64,000 bases of DNA from Hyphomicrobiales bacterium (GCA_030688605.1 JAUYJB010000034.1:113-64112), one strand, 5' to 3'; shown: positions 8,627 to 17,821, counted from the stretch's first letter. Notes: generated by a model not told the origin, from the sequence alone. A program made the numbers and translations.

Positions 8627-11600
8627 TCAGGCCGCACTCTCCATTTTCTTCTTACGCCGCGGCAAGAGATACGCTAAGTCCTTGGCGGGCCTTGGGGGGC
8701 TGAAGAGGTAGCCTTGCGCCTCGGTGCAGCCTTCCGCCTTGATGATCGCCAGTTGTTCTTCGGTTTCGACGCCTTCCGCGGTCGTCGCTACGCCGAGTCT
8801 GGAAGCGAGGCTGACCACCGCGTGGACGATCCCGATGTCGTCGTCGCCTGCCGAAAGATCGCTCACAAAGGAGGCATCGATCTTGATCTTGTCGAACGGG
8901 AAACTTCGCAGGTAGCTCAGCGAGGAGTAGCCAGTGCCGAAATCATCCAAGGATATCCGCGCGCCAAGCTGTTGCAGTTGATGCAGCATCGCCAGGGTCG
9001 CCCTGTCATTTTGCAGAACGACCGATTCCGTGACCTCCAGTTCCAGTCTGCGAGGGGACAGGCACGAAGCCGAAAGGGCGCTCCGGACCACCTCCAACAG
9101 ATTGCCCCGCTTGAATTGGACCGGCGAGACATTGACGGCGATCTTGATGTCATCGGGCCAACTCGCCGCCTCGGCGCAGGCCTTGTGAAGTACCCATTCT
9201 CCAAGTTCGTTGATAAGGCCGATCTCTTCGGCGACAGGGATGAAATCGGCCGGCGACATGATTCCGCGCCCGGGCCGGTGCCAGCGCAACAGGGCTTCGA
9301 AGCCACTGACCTTGTTTTCCCTCAGATTGAACAATGGCTGGTAGTAAAGTTCGAATTCGTCTCTGGACAGAGCCCTGCGTAAGTCAAGCCCCAATGTGTG
9401 GCGGTCCCTCGTGTACGCTTCCATCTCCGGCTCGAAGCAGCGATGTGCGCCGCGGCTGGTGCTCTTGGCGTGGTGAAGGGCCAGATCGGCGTTTTTCAGG
9501 AGCTGATCCGGATTGGCGCCGTCTTTCGGCGCAAAGGCGATGCCGATGCTGGTTCCGACGACAACCTCATGATGACCGAGATCGATGGGGGCACGAATCG
9601 CATTGCAGATGCGTCCCGCGAGCACCGCGGCATCCGTCGTCTGCGCCCTTGTGGTTCGAATGACTGCGAATTCGTCGCCGCCCAGTCGGGCGACCATATC
9701 GGTGTCTGCAACACAACCGCGCAGCCGCTCGCCAATGACCTTCAGCAGCTCGTCGCCGGCCGAATGTCCAAGCGTGTCGTTGATACTCTTGAATCCATCG
9801 AGATCGAGGTAGAGCAACGCGAAACCGTCTCCCCGCCGGGCGCGTTTCAGGCTCTCTTCCAGCCGCTCGCGCAACACAATGCGGTTGGGCAGATCGGTCA
9901 GGGCATCATGGTGGGCCAGATATGCGAGCCGTTCCTCGATGCGCCGATAGTCGGTGACGTCTTCATGGGTGGCCAGCCAGCCGCCGTCGGCCAAGGGTTG
10001 ATGCGAAATTGCGATGATGCGGCCATCGCTAAGTTCCTGAATCTTTGCCGAGGCCTTGCGCTCGAGTACCGCCGCGCAGCGTTCCTGAAGGTAATCTTCC
10101 GGTACGCCGCCGGCGTAGATGCCGCTTGCAATTCGGTGTTCAAGGATCTGGCGAAAAAGGATGCCTGGCTTCACCTGCTCGGCGGATAAGCCGTAAATCG
10201 CGGCGTAACGATTATTGGACACGACAAGGCGTTGCTCGCCATCGAACATGCAAAGGCCCTGCGACATGTTATCGAGGGCAGCGTTGAAGCGCTCGTTTTG
10301 CTCCTGCAGGGCGCGTTCGGCCTTCTTCAGGGCCGTGATGTCGTGACAGACCACGAACAGTCGCGGCTCGCCGCCAATCTCCACATACTCTCCGGAGACA
10401 AGGAAATCGCGTTGGCCATCGCTCTTCGTTTTGTACTTTGCTTCGAAATCCCGGACCGAGCCGTCCTTCTTGAGCAGATCGACGAAACGCGTGCGCTGGT
10501 CCGGATCGGCCCAGATGCCGAGTTCGACCGACGTATGGGCCATGGCCTCCTCGCGTGTGTAGCCCAACGCCGACATCCAGGCTTCATTGACATCGTAGTG
10601 AGCGCCATCCTCGGGGCGGGAGATGGCGAAGGGGGCCGGGTTCGCGTGGAAGGCCTTCGAGAACAGTTTTTCGCTCTGGCGGAGCGCTTCTTCCGCTTTA
10701 ATGCGCTCGGTGATGTCCTCATGAGTGGCCAACCATCCGCCTTCGGACATCGGGTGATATGTGATTTCGAGTATCCGTCCGTTGCTGAGCTGACGTGTCT
10801 TCTTTCCGTAAGTACCCTTGTGGATTTCGTTGATAGCCTCCTTGATAAAGCCTTCCGGACTTCCTTCGGCATAGATGCCGCTGGCGGTGCGATGCTCCAG
10901 GATTTCCCGCAGCGTGATGCCAGGTTTCAAGCACTCGGGGGCCACGCCGTATAGGGCCGCGTAGCGCCGATTCCATACCACCAGCCGATACTGGCGGTCG
11001 AACATGCACAGGCCCTGCGACATGTTTTCCATTGCAGCGTTGAAGCGTTCATTCTGTTGCTGCAGAGCTTCCACCGCGTTCTTGCGCTCGGTGATGTCGA
11101 TGACCACGCACTGCATGGCGGCGACACCGCACCAGACGATTTGCGTCACCCGGAACTCGAGCCAGATCTTCGAGCCGTCCTTCCTCAGTCCCTGGGCTTC
11201 GTAGATTTCGGGGGCGTATTCACCCTTCTGGCGCGCCGTCATATAGCCGCGGAGGCGCTCTCGCTCCTCCGGCGCCAACAGCGGCTCAACTCTCTCAAGG
11301 GCCAGGATTTCCTCGGCGTTCCGATAGCCGAGAATGTCCGCCAGCGCCTGATTGGCGAACAGAGAGTGCCAGTTCTGATGGACGAACACGCCCTGGATCG
11401 AGCCTTCGACCAGATTGCGGAACTGCTTTTCGCTTTCCTCCAAGGCCGTGCGAGCCTCGACCTCGGCCGTCTTGTCGGCGCCGGTGCCCCAATAGCCCCT
11501 GAAGATGCCATCGGCGTCGAACACCGGCTTGCCCCTGACCAGGACATGCCGCGGCCGGCCGTCGGACTGTGTGGTCGCGTAGGCGAAATCCCGGAACGGG

Positions 11601-12148
11601 CGGCGATGGGCGAGATCGTCGAGGTGCCGGCGCCAGTGTTCGTCATAGGTGCCGACACCGGCAAACTCGTCGCGGGTCTTGCCGATGAATTCCTCCGGGG
11701 CAATGGAGAAAATCTCGAAGAATCTCGGGGACATGTAGGAAAAGCGCAGGTTTTCGTCCATTTGCCAGATCCAGTCGCCGGCGCTCTCGGCGATGTCGGC
11801 GAACCGCTCCAGGCTGATCTCGAGATCCCGCTTGGCCTTTTCGGTCTCCCTGGTGCGCTGTTCCACCTGCCTTTCGAGATCGTCATACGCCGCCCGCAGC
11901 TCCTCCTGAGCCGCCGCCAGCGCCTCGTTCCTCGGGACCAGTGTCCTAAAGACCAGGAAATAAAGGAGGGGAAAGAGAATCAGCGTCAGAAGCAGGGAAT
12001 CGGCAAGGACCGCGAGATTCCCATATTGATCGCGAAGCGGCCGCAAAAGGAGCATGATGGCCGTCTCGGCCGCGAATATCGAGACGGAGAGAAGGGTCAG
12101 CAGGCGAAACGTTTCCGCCCCCGCCGCCCGGCTTGGATGTCCGGTCAT
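8627..12148 (-). CDS. Membrane-anchored multi-PAS GGDEF/EAL protein (c-di-GMP cyclase/phosphodiesterase)
   Basis: N-terminal TM segments and several PAS-like modules, two of them duplicated. GGDEF motif RLGGDEFAV. EAL domain motifs EALLRW, DDFGTGYSSL and EGVETEEQ. Confidence 0.9.
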   Translation of the reverse strand: MTGHPSRAAGAETFRLLTLLSVSIFAAETAIMLLLRPLRDQYGNLAVLADSLLLTLILFPLLYFLVFRTLVPRNEALAAAQEELRAAYDDLERQVEQRTRETEKAKRDLEISLERFADIAESAGDWIWQMDENLRFSYMSPRFFEIFSIAPEEFIGKTRDEFAGVGTYDEHWRRHLDDLAHRRPFRDFAYATTQSDGRPRHVLVRGKPVFDADGIFRGYWGTGADKTAEVEARTALEESEKQFRNLVEGSIQGVFVHQNWHSLFANQALADILGYRNAEEILALERVEPLLAPEERERLRGYMTARQKGEYAPEIYEAQGLRKDGSKIWLEFRVTQIVWCGVAAMQCVVIDITERKNAVEALQQQNERFNAAMENMSQGLCMFDRQYRLVVWNRRYAALYGVAPECLKPGITLREILEHRTASGIYAEGSPEGFIKEAINEIHKGTYGKKTRQLSNGRILEITYHPMSEGGWLATHEDITERIKAEEALRQSEKLFSKAFHANPAPFAISRPEDGAHYDVNEAWMSALGYTREEAMAHTSVELGIWADPDQRTRFVDLLKKDGSVRDFEAKYKTKSDGQRDFLVSGEYVEIGGEPRLFVVCHDITALKKAERALQEQNERFNAALDNMSQGLCMFDGEQRLVVSNNRYAAIYGLSAEQVKPGILFRQILEHRIASGIYAGGVPEDYLQERCAAVLERKASAKIQELSDGRIIAISHQPLADGGWLATHEDVTDYRRIEERLAYLAHHDALTDLPNRIVLRERLEESLKRARRGDGFALLYLDLDGFKSINDTLGHSAGDELLKVIGERLRGCVADTDMVARLGGDEFAVIRTTRAQTTDAAVLAGRICNAIRAPIDLGHHEVVVGTSIGIAFAPKDGANPDQLLKNADLALHHAKSTSRGAHRCFEPEMEAYTRDRHTLGLDLRRALSRDEFELYYQPLFNLRENKVSGFEALLRWHRPGRGIMSPADFIPVAEEIGLINELGEWVLHKACAEAASWPDDIKIAVNVSPVQFKRGNLLEVVRSALSASCLSPRRLELEVTESVVLQNDRATLAMLHQLQQLGARISLDDFGTGYSSLSYLRSFPFDKIKIDASFVSDLSAGDDDIGIVHAVVSLASRLGVATTAEGVETEEQLAIIKAEGCTEAQGYLFSPPRPAKDLAYLLPRRKKKMESAA

Positions 12149-12358
12149 TCCGTACTCTGCGTATCCGGGAACGCGACTAAATCTTGCAGCGCACGCTACG
12201 GAATGTGAATTGATATATGATTATCGTTTAATACTGTTCTGGCATATCGCAAGATATGGTTGCTATTTCGCAACGAAACGATGAGAATTGCAAATATCTC
12301 CTCTCGGTTTGTCGTTGATGGAACCGCGTTTCCACTTCTGTCTGACATCAATCAACTG

Positions 12359-12652
12359 TTAACCGAGCGTGGCCGCCTGCAGCCGCGCCAATTCGGCCTC
12401 GAATTCGAGGCGCAATTGCGCGGCCTCCTCCTCGGGCAGCCAGTTGGTCATCCGCGGAAAGATGGCGCGGTAGAGCGAGACGGTCGCCGGCTCCCAGGGC
12501 ATCGCCTTCGCGGCCCGCGCCTCGGCGAGGATCTTGTTGAGCCGCGCGCGCACCCTGTCCGGGTCCGCCCGGTAGACGCGGGGAGGGGCATCCTCGTCAA
12601 ACAGCTCCGGCTGATCGTCGCCGAAAAGATCGGGTTGTTTGATGTGGGGCAT
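12359..12652 (-). CDS. Small hypothetical protein P2 (97 aa), paralogue of P1
   Basis: ATG at 12652. Third-codon positions are strongly G/C on this strand, so the antisense ORF 12260-12784 is rejected. N-terminus is MPHIKQPDLFGDDQPELFD with a central PWEP. It is ~42% identical to P1 by hand alignment. Confidence 0.65.
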   Translation of the reverse strand: MPHIKQPDLFGDDQPELFDEDAPPRVYRADPDRVRARLNKILAEARAAKAMPWEPATVSLYRAIFPRMTNWLPEEEAAQLRLEFEAELARLQAATLG

Positions 12653-12687
12653 GGGGTGTCCCTGAGTGGCCCGGTTGCCGAATCGCC

Positions 12688-12987
12688 TCAGGCGGCCGCG
12701 GCATCGAGCCGCGCGGCCTCGACCTCGATGAGAGCTCGCCAGCGCTCGGCCTCCTCGCGGTCGGGCAGCCGCTCGCACAGATAGGCGAAGGTGCGCTCGC
12801 GGTGCAGTCTCACCATCGCCGGCTCCCACGGCCATGTCTCGGCGGCCCGCATCTCGTTCAACAGCGATTGCAGCGAATTGCGCACATGCTCGGGCTTGGG
12901 CACGTAAGCGGGCGCGGCCTCGGCGTCTCCGAACAGGTCGGGCTGCGTTTCGGTGGTGAAAAGGTCGGGGTGACGAATGCGAGCCAT
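12688..12987 (-). CDS. Small hypothetical protein P1 (99 aa), paralogue of P2
   Basis: ATG at 12987. A GTG at 13017 is also in frame. N-terminus is MARIRHPDLFTTETQPDLFGD with a central PWEP. It begins 77 nt after the RM-like gene stop and ends 35 nt before the P2 start. Confidence 0.65.
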   Translation of the reverse strand: MARIRHPDLFTTETQPDLFGDAEAAPAYVPKPEHVRNSLQSLLNEMRAAETWPWEPAMVRLHRERTFAYLCERLPDREEAERWRALIEVEAARLDAAAA

Positions 12988-13064
12988 GGGTCCGCCGCGC
13001 TCAAGGAGACGAATCACCCATATGATGCGCCAACCGGCCGCCCGGCGCGAGCGCGGCGGCGGAG

Positions 13065-16000
13065 TTATCCAAGGTCGGGGAAGGCCGCCCGGTAGGCTTC
13101 GTCGATTTTCGCCATCTGGTCGATGGTGAAGGCGAGGCTGTCGGCGACGGCGGCCACGTGATTGATCTCATCGAGTGACAGGGTGCGGCCCTTGCGATCC
13201 TTCAGATATTTCGAGAGCACCTTATAGCCGCCGACGTGGAAGTCCCACACGGCCTGCGGCACGGGCTTGAAACATTGTGTCTTGTTGATCCAGACCGCCT
13301 GCTCTTCGGGCGAATAGCGCACGGCCTCGACCGAATGATCGCCCTTGCCGTGATAGCTGGCGAGCCCGGACTTCGGCTGCCCACGCAGTAGGTGCGCTTC
13401 AACCAGCGCCCATCCGAGCCCGGAGATGGCATCGAATGCAGCCTTCTTGTCGGGGAACGGCACGCGCGGGAAGTCGATGCGCAAAAACTCGGCGTATTTG
13501 TCTCGATAGGTCGGCGCGTGCAGCACGGCGTAGATGTAGCCGAGGATTGCTTCCGGCGTGTAGTGGTGCTCATAGCGGGCGTCGAGGAAGACGCGGAAGT
13601 CTGGGGAGAGGTTTTCGGTCTTTGCCACTTCCACCGATTTGGACTTGTTCCCCGTAGGAACAAATAACGGAAATACATGCGTCGTCTCTTTTGATGATAC
13701 GGAGTGACCATCAGGTAAAGAGGAAAAAGCAAGCACGTGCCTGAACTCACCCTCTTCGACCCTGCGGACCGTACCAAGTGCGATGCCCGACACATCGACA
13801 GCTTCGGCAAGAGGCCGACCAGGTTGACCAATCAAACCCTTCGACTGTCCGGTATAAAATACAAGCCGCTCATCAAAGGGGCGGTAGCCAACACGCCGCA
13901 AGAATTTTGGGCTAATCCCTGCATTGGCCAAATCTGCTTGCGCACTCTCAACCTTCCAATCCCGCTTGTCGGGGCCCAATCCAAATTGCGCACGCGCCTC
14001 ATCCGGTTTCAAAGCGGCAAACGTTCGTAAGCGGCCAAGCAGTTCCTCTTCCTCGAATCCGATATTCAAGCCGTCTCTGGCAGTAAACATCCCGGCGCTG
14101 TGCACGCTGAAAATTTCCCCTAGCGGTATGTGGCTGTCCCAATCGGAAGCGGCTGCTGCAGTATGAGGTGAGAAAAAATAGTAGGGCTTCTCCGGCTTAA
14201 TCGCCTCGCACGCGATTGCTGTAAATTGAGAACTCGCACAAATCTGATACTTCTGTAGCCGACGGCCCCAAACATCGCCGAACCACACTCCCCGTTCCAA
14301 ACCGTTCCCTTTAACGAAAAGTGTGATCGCAACGCCCTTCATTATGTCGAACACATTTTCGTTTGCGAGTCCGTCTGGCGGTATCTCCTTCGGTTTAGAA
14401 CTGCCATGTAGATCGACGATGTAAATCTGCTGAAAGGTGTTCATCAGCGATTGGCGCATGCCCCTAAACGTTGGATTGTAAATCCACGCATGATTGGTGA
14501 TGACACCGACGACACCTTCCTCCACAGCATCCATCTTGGATTGCGCAAAGGCGATGAACTTCACGTAGTCATCGTGGAGCCAGTGCTTACGCTCGCCAAA
14601 GTGTCTACCATCCACATACTTGTATCGCTCGATGAGTGCCTTGGCCGCTTCACCCATGTTGCGTGAAAGGCCCGAATAGGGTGGATTGCCGGTGATGACG
14701 AGGATCGGCTTTTCCTTTACGGCTTGTGCCTCTTTGATCTCCGTAGCCAGTTCTGGAACTGGCCACAGCTCCTTTTGATCTGGCTCGACCGTAATCGGTT
14801 CCAGCGTATTCGTCAGGTAGATGAGCAACCGCTCATCGTCATTTAGCTCATGGTCCTTGTCTTTCAGATATTGAGACAGCTTCAGATGCGCGATGGTGTA
14901 TGGCGCGATCAGATACTCGAAGCCGTAGACGTTCTTCAGCATGTGCCCGCGCACGACGAGGCCGGCCTTGCCGGAATCAAGCCCGCCGATATTCGCGAAA
15001 ATGCGCTCGAACACCTCGACCAGAAATGTGCCGGTGCCGCAGGCAAAGTCGAGCACGGTGACGCGGCCATGGTCGGCCAGCCCGTCCGGTATGTTGAACG
15101 TTTCCTTGTCCTTCAGGATGTCGTCGAGGGCGCGGACGATGAAGTTAACCACCGGCGGCGGCGTGTAATAGACGCCGCGGCTCTTGCTGGTGGCTTTGTC
15201 GTAGGCCCTCAAATAATTTTCATAGAAGTAGATAAACGGGTCGCGCTCGAACAGGCGGGCCTCCTCTTCGCTTTTCGCCCTAACGCCCCGCCGCACCCTG
15301 CGGTGCCGGAACGACAGGTCCTCGTGAATCGCAGGCAGGTTAAGTCCGTTGACGATGGACAGCACCTCCTCGACCACCCAGCGCACATCGCGATATTCGC
15401 GCTTCTCAAGCTCGGTCAGGAAGTCGACCAGTTCGCGGATGAGCCGGAACGACCCCGGCACATATTCCCGCGCATTGTGCAGCGTGACGGGCTTCGCATC
15501 CGAATTAAGCCGGGCGAGGAACAGGCCGTAAGCCAGCATCTGCGCGAAGGCGTCGGCGAATTCCTTCAGCGTCAGTTCGTGGAAGACCTGATCGCGGAAG
15601 ATCTGAAAAAGCCCGTAAAGACGCTCCTCTTTGTGCTCGCCCCGCTCCTGCCGCACCAGCTCCTCCCCGAGATGGTCGCGCAGCAGCCTGCTGCGCTTGG
15701 CAAGCTCCAGCGCAAGCTGCTCTGCCTCACCTATGCGTTGCGGAGCCTCGGAGAAGAAGGCGGCGATGAGCTTGCCGACCGCCTCGGCGCGCTCGGCTGC
15801 GACGCGTAGCGCGCGGCCTTCCAGATCGGTCGGAAAGGCGAGGATTTCGCGGCCCTTCACCCGCTCCCGGTCGAGCAATATCCATTGCAGGTAATCGGTG
15901 AGCAGGATGTTGCCGGAAAGGTCGCGGTATCGCTTGATCTGGTCGGACTTCAAGACCTTGTCGAGATTTTCGCCAATGGCTTTGTTCTCGACATAGCCGA

Positions 16001-16211
16001 CGATCATTCCCTGACGCTTGATCTTGAAGTCGGGCGCGCCCTTGTCCGCCTCGCGTTTTGGCTCGTGCTGAACGGTGATGCCTTTGGCGTCCGCCTCGGC
16101 AGCGAACTGGTTCAATAAGGCTTCCAAAGCCGAGCGGCCGGTGTGCTCGGTATGCTCCTCGATCGGGATCTCGCGCAGCTTGCGCAGATAGGCATCGAAC
16201 GGAGTGGCCAT
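13065..16211 (-). CDS. Single-polypeptide type IIG/IIL-like restriction-modification enzyme (PD-ExK nuclease + N6-adenine methyltransferase + C-terminal specificity region)
   Basis: N-terminus has GAPDF-x13-ENK (PD...ExK). SAM-binding motif I is VLDFACGTGTFLVE and catalytic motif IV is ITGNPPYSG. The C-terminal segment YIYAVLHAPTYRDKYAEFLRIDFPRVPFP resembles, from memory, the type ISP RM enzyme C-terminal domain. Start at MATPFDAYL (16211). Confidence 0.8.
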   Translation of the reverse strand: MATPFDAYLRKLREIPIEEHTEHTGRSALEALLNQFAAEADAKGITVQHEPKREADKGAPDFKIKRQGMIVGYVENKAIGENLDKVLKSDQIKRYRDLSGNILLTDYLQWILLDRERVKGREILAFPTDLEGRALRVAAERAEAVGKLIAAFFSEAPQRIGEAEQLALELAKRSRLLRDHLGEELVRQERGEHKEERLYGLFQIFRDQVFHELTLKEFADAFAQMLAYGLFLARLNSDAKPVTLHNAREYVPGSFRLIRELVDFLTELEKREYRDVRWVVEEVLSIVNGLNLPAIHEDLSFRHRRVRRGVRAKSEEEARLFERDPFIYFYENYLRAYDKATSKSRGVYYTPPPVVNFIVRALDDILKDKETFNIPDGLADHGRVTVLDFACGTGTFLVEVFERIFANIGGLDSGKAGLVVRGHMLKNVYGFEYLIAPYTIAHLKLSQYLKDKDHELNDDERLLIYLTNTLEPITVEPDQKELWPVPELATEIKEAQAVKEKPILVITGNPPYSGLSRNMGEAAKALIERYKYVDGRHFGERKHWLHDDYVKFIAFAQSKMDAVEEGVVGVITNHAWIYNPTFRGMRQSLMNTFQQIYIVDLHGSSKPKEIPPDGLANENVFDIMKGVAITLFVKGNGLERGVWFGDVWGRRLQKYQICASSQFTAIACEAIKPEKPYYFFSPHTAAAASDWDSHIPLGEIFSVHSAGMFTARDGLNIGFEEEELLGRLRTFAALKPDEARAQFGLGPDKRDWKVESAQADLANAGISPKFLRRVGYRPFDERLVFYTGQSKGLIGQPGRPLAEAVDVSGIALGTVRRVEEGEFRHVLAFSSLPDGHSVSSKETTHVFPLFVPTGNKSKSVEVAKTENLSPDFRVFLDARYEHHYTPEAILGYIYAVLHAPTYRDKYAEFLRIDFPRVPFPDKKAAFDAISGLGWALVEAHLLRGQPKSGLASYHGKGDHSVEAVRYSPEEQAVWINKTQCFKPVPQAVWDFHVGGYKVLSKYLKDRKGRTLSLDEINHVAAVADSLAFTIDQMAKIDEAYRAAFPDLG

Positions 16212-16587
16212 CGGCGGCTTTCGATTCGCGAAGCTTCCAGCGCAAATTAGAGGCAAACGGCGCGCAACAAAAGGGCGGGAGCGAAGCCCGCTTGCCCATG
16301 AGCGAAAAAGAAGGCGGTTTGCAGGCCAAGGCGATGATCCAGCACGCGATCCGGGACCCAGACTGAGCGGCGGTGCGTTGGGCACCCCTTTTCTGGACCG
16401 CGGCCGGAGCCTGTCCTCGGGCTTGCCTTTGGCAAGACCCGAGGGCCGGGGTGACGGCGACCGGGATTTACCCCCTCCCCTTGCCTTTCGTGCGCCCGCC
16501 TCCTATCGTGTTGCACTGCACAATGAGGCGGCTGTCTCCGATTCGTCGCTTGATCGCCGCGCGGACGCGCAAGCAACAAGGGGCTCC

Positions 16588-17817
16588 ATGCTCTATCAAC
16601 TCTACGAGCTGAACCACGCCGCGGTCGGCCCGGCGCGCGCGCTCGCCGAGGCCGGCCGGCTGTCTCTGCGCAACCCGTTCAACCCCTTCGCCCACACCGC
16701 CGCGGGCAGGAACGTCAGCGCGGCGCTGGAGATGTTCGAACGGGCCACGCGTCGCTACGGCAAGCCGGCGTTCGGTATCGGCGAGGTCGAGGTCGGGCGC
16801 CGGCTCGTTCCGGTGGTAGAGGAGGTGGTCTTCAAGCGGCCGTTCTGCCGGCTCGTCCATTTCGCCAAGGATCTCGTCGACGGCGAGGCGGCGGGGCCGA
16901 AGCTCCTGTTGATCGCGCCGCTCTCCGGCCATTATGCGTCGCTGCTGCGCGGCACGGTCGAAGCGTTCCTGCCCGACCACGACGTCACCATCGCCGACTG
17001 GACCGACGCGCGCATGGTGCCGCTCGCCCAGGGCCGGTTCGATCTTGACGACTATATCGACTATGTCGCCGGCATGCTGCGCGCGGTGGGCCCCGGCGCC
17101 CACGTCATCGCCGTGTGCCAGCCCTCGGTGCCGGTGCTCGCGGCGGTGTCGCTGATGGAGGAGGCGGGCGATGCCTGTGTGCCGGCGAGCATGGCGCTGA
17201 TGGGCGGGCCGATCGACACGCGCGTCAGTCCGACCGCCGTCAACGAGCTTGCCGAGCGGCGCGGCACCGACTGGTTTGCCCGCAACGTCGTCGTCAAGGT
17301 GCCGTTCCCGCATCCCGGCTTCATGCGCGACGTCTATCCCGGCTTCCTGCAACTCACCGGCTTCATGAGCATGAATCTCGACCGCCACATGAGCGCCCAT
17401 GTCGAGCTGTTCAACCATCTCGTCGAGGGCGACGGGGATTCGGCCGACCGGCACCGGGTCTTCTACGACGAGTATCTGGCGGTGATGGATCTGACGGCCG
17501 AGTTCTATCTGCAGACCGTGGAGACGGTATTCGTGCGCCACGCCTTGCCGAAGGGCGAGATGACGCATCGCGGCCGGCGGATCGACCCGGCCCGGATCAA
17601 GTGCACCGCGCTGATGACGGTCGAGGGCGAGCACGACGACATTTCCGGCCGCGGCCAGACCGAGGCCGCGCATCATCTGTGCACCCGCATCCCCGAGCGC
17701 AAGCGCATGCACTATGTTCAGCCCGGCGTCGGCCATTACGGCGTGTTCAATGGCTCGCGCTTCCGCCGCGAGGTGGTGCCCAGGGTCGCCGCCTTCATCC
17801 GCGCGGCCGATGGCTGA
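16588..17817 (+). CDS. phaZ: Intracellular polyhydroxyalkanoate (PHB) depolymerase
   Basis: N-terminus MLYQLYELNHAAVGPAR..., then AFGIGEV...V and later HYGVFNGSRFR, are typical of the PhaZ intracellular depolymerase family. ATG at 16588. The long upstream extension in the track is not coding-like. Confidence 0.85.
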   Translation: MLYQLYELNHAAVGPARALAEAGRLSLRNPFNPFAHTAAGRNVSAALEMFERATRRYGKPAFGIGEVEVGRRLVPVVEEVVFKRPFCRLVHFAKDLVDGEAAGPKLLLIAPLSGHYASLLRGTVEAFLPDHDVTIADWTDARMVPLAQGRFDLDDYIDYVAGMLRAVGPGAHVIAVCQPSVPVLAAVSLMEEAGDACVPASMALMGGPIDTRVSPTAVNELAERRGTDWFARNVVVKVPFPHPGFMRDVYPGFLQLTGFMSMNLDRHMSAHVELFNHLVEGDGDSADRHRVFYDEYLAVMDLTAEFYLQTVETVFVRHALPKGEMTHRGRRIDPARIKCTALMTVEGEHDDISGRGQTEAAHHLCTRIPERKRMHYVQPGVGHYGVFNGSRFRREVVPRVAAFIRAADG

Positions 17818-17821
17818 GACA

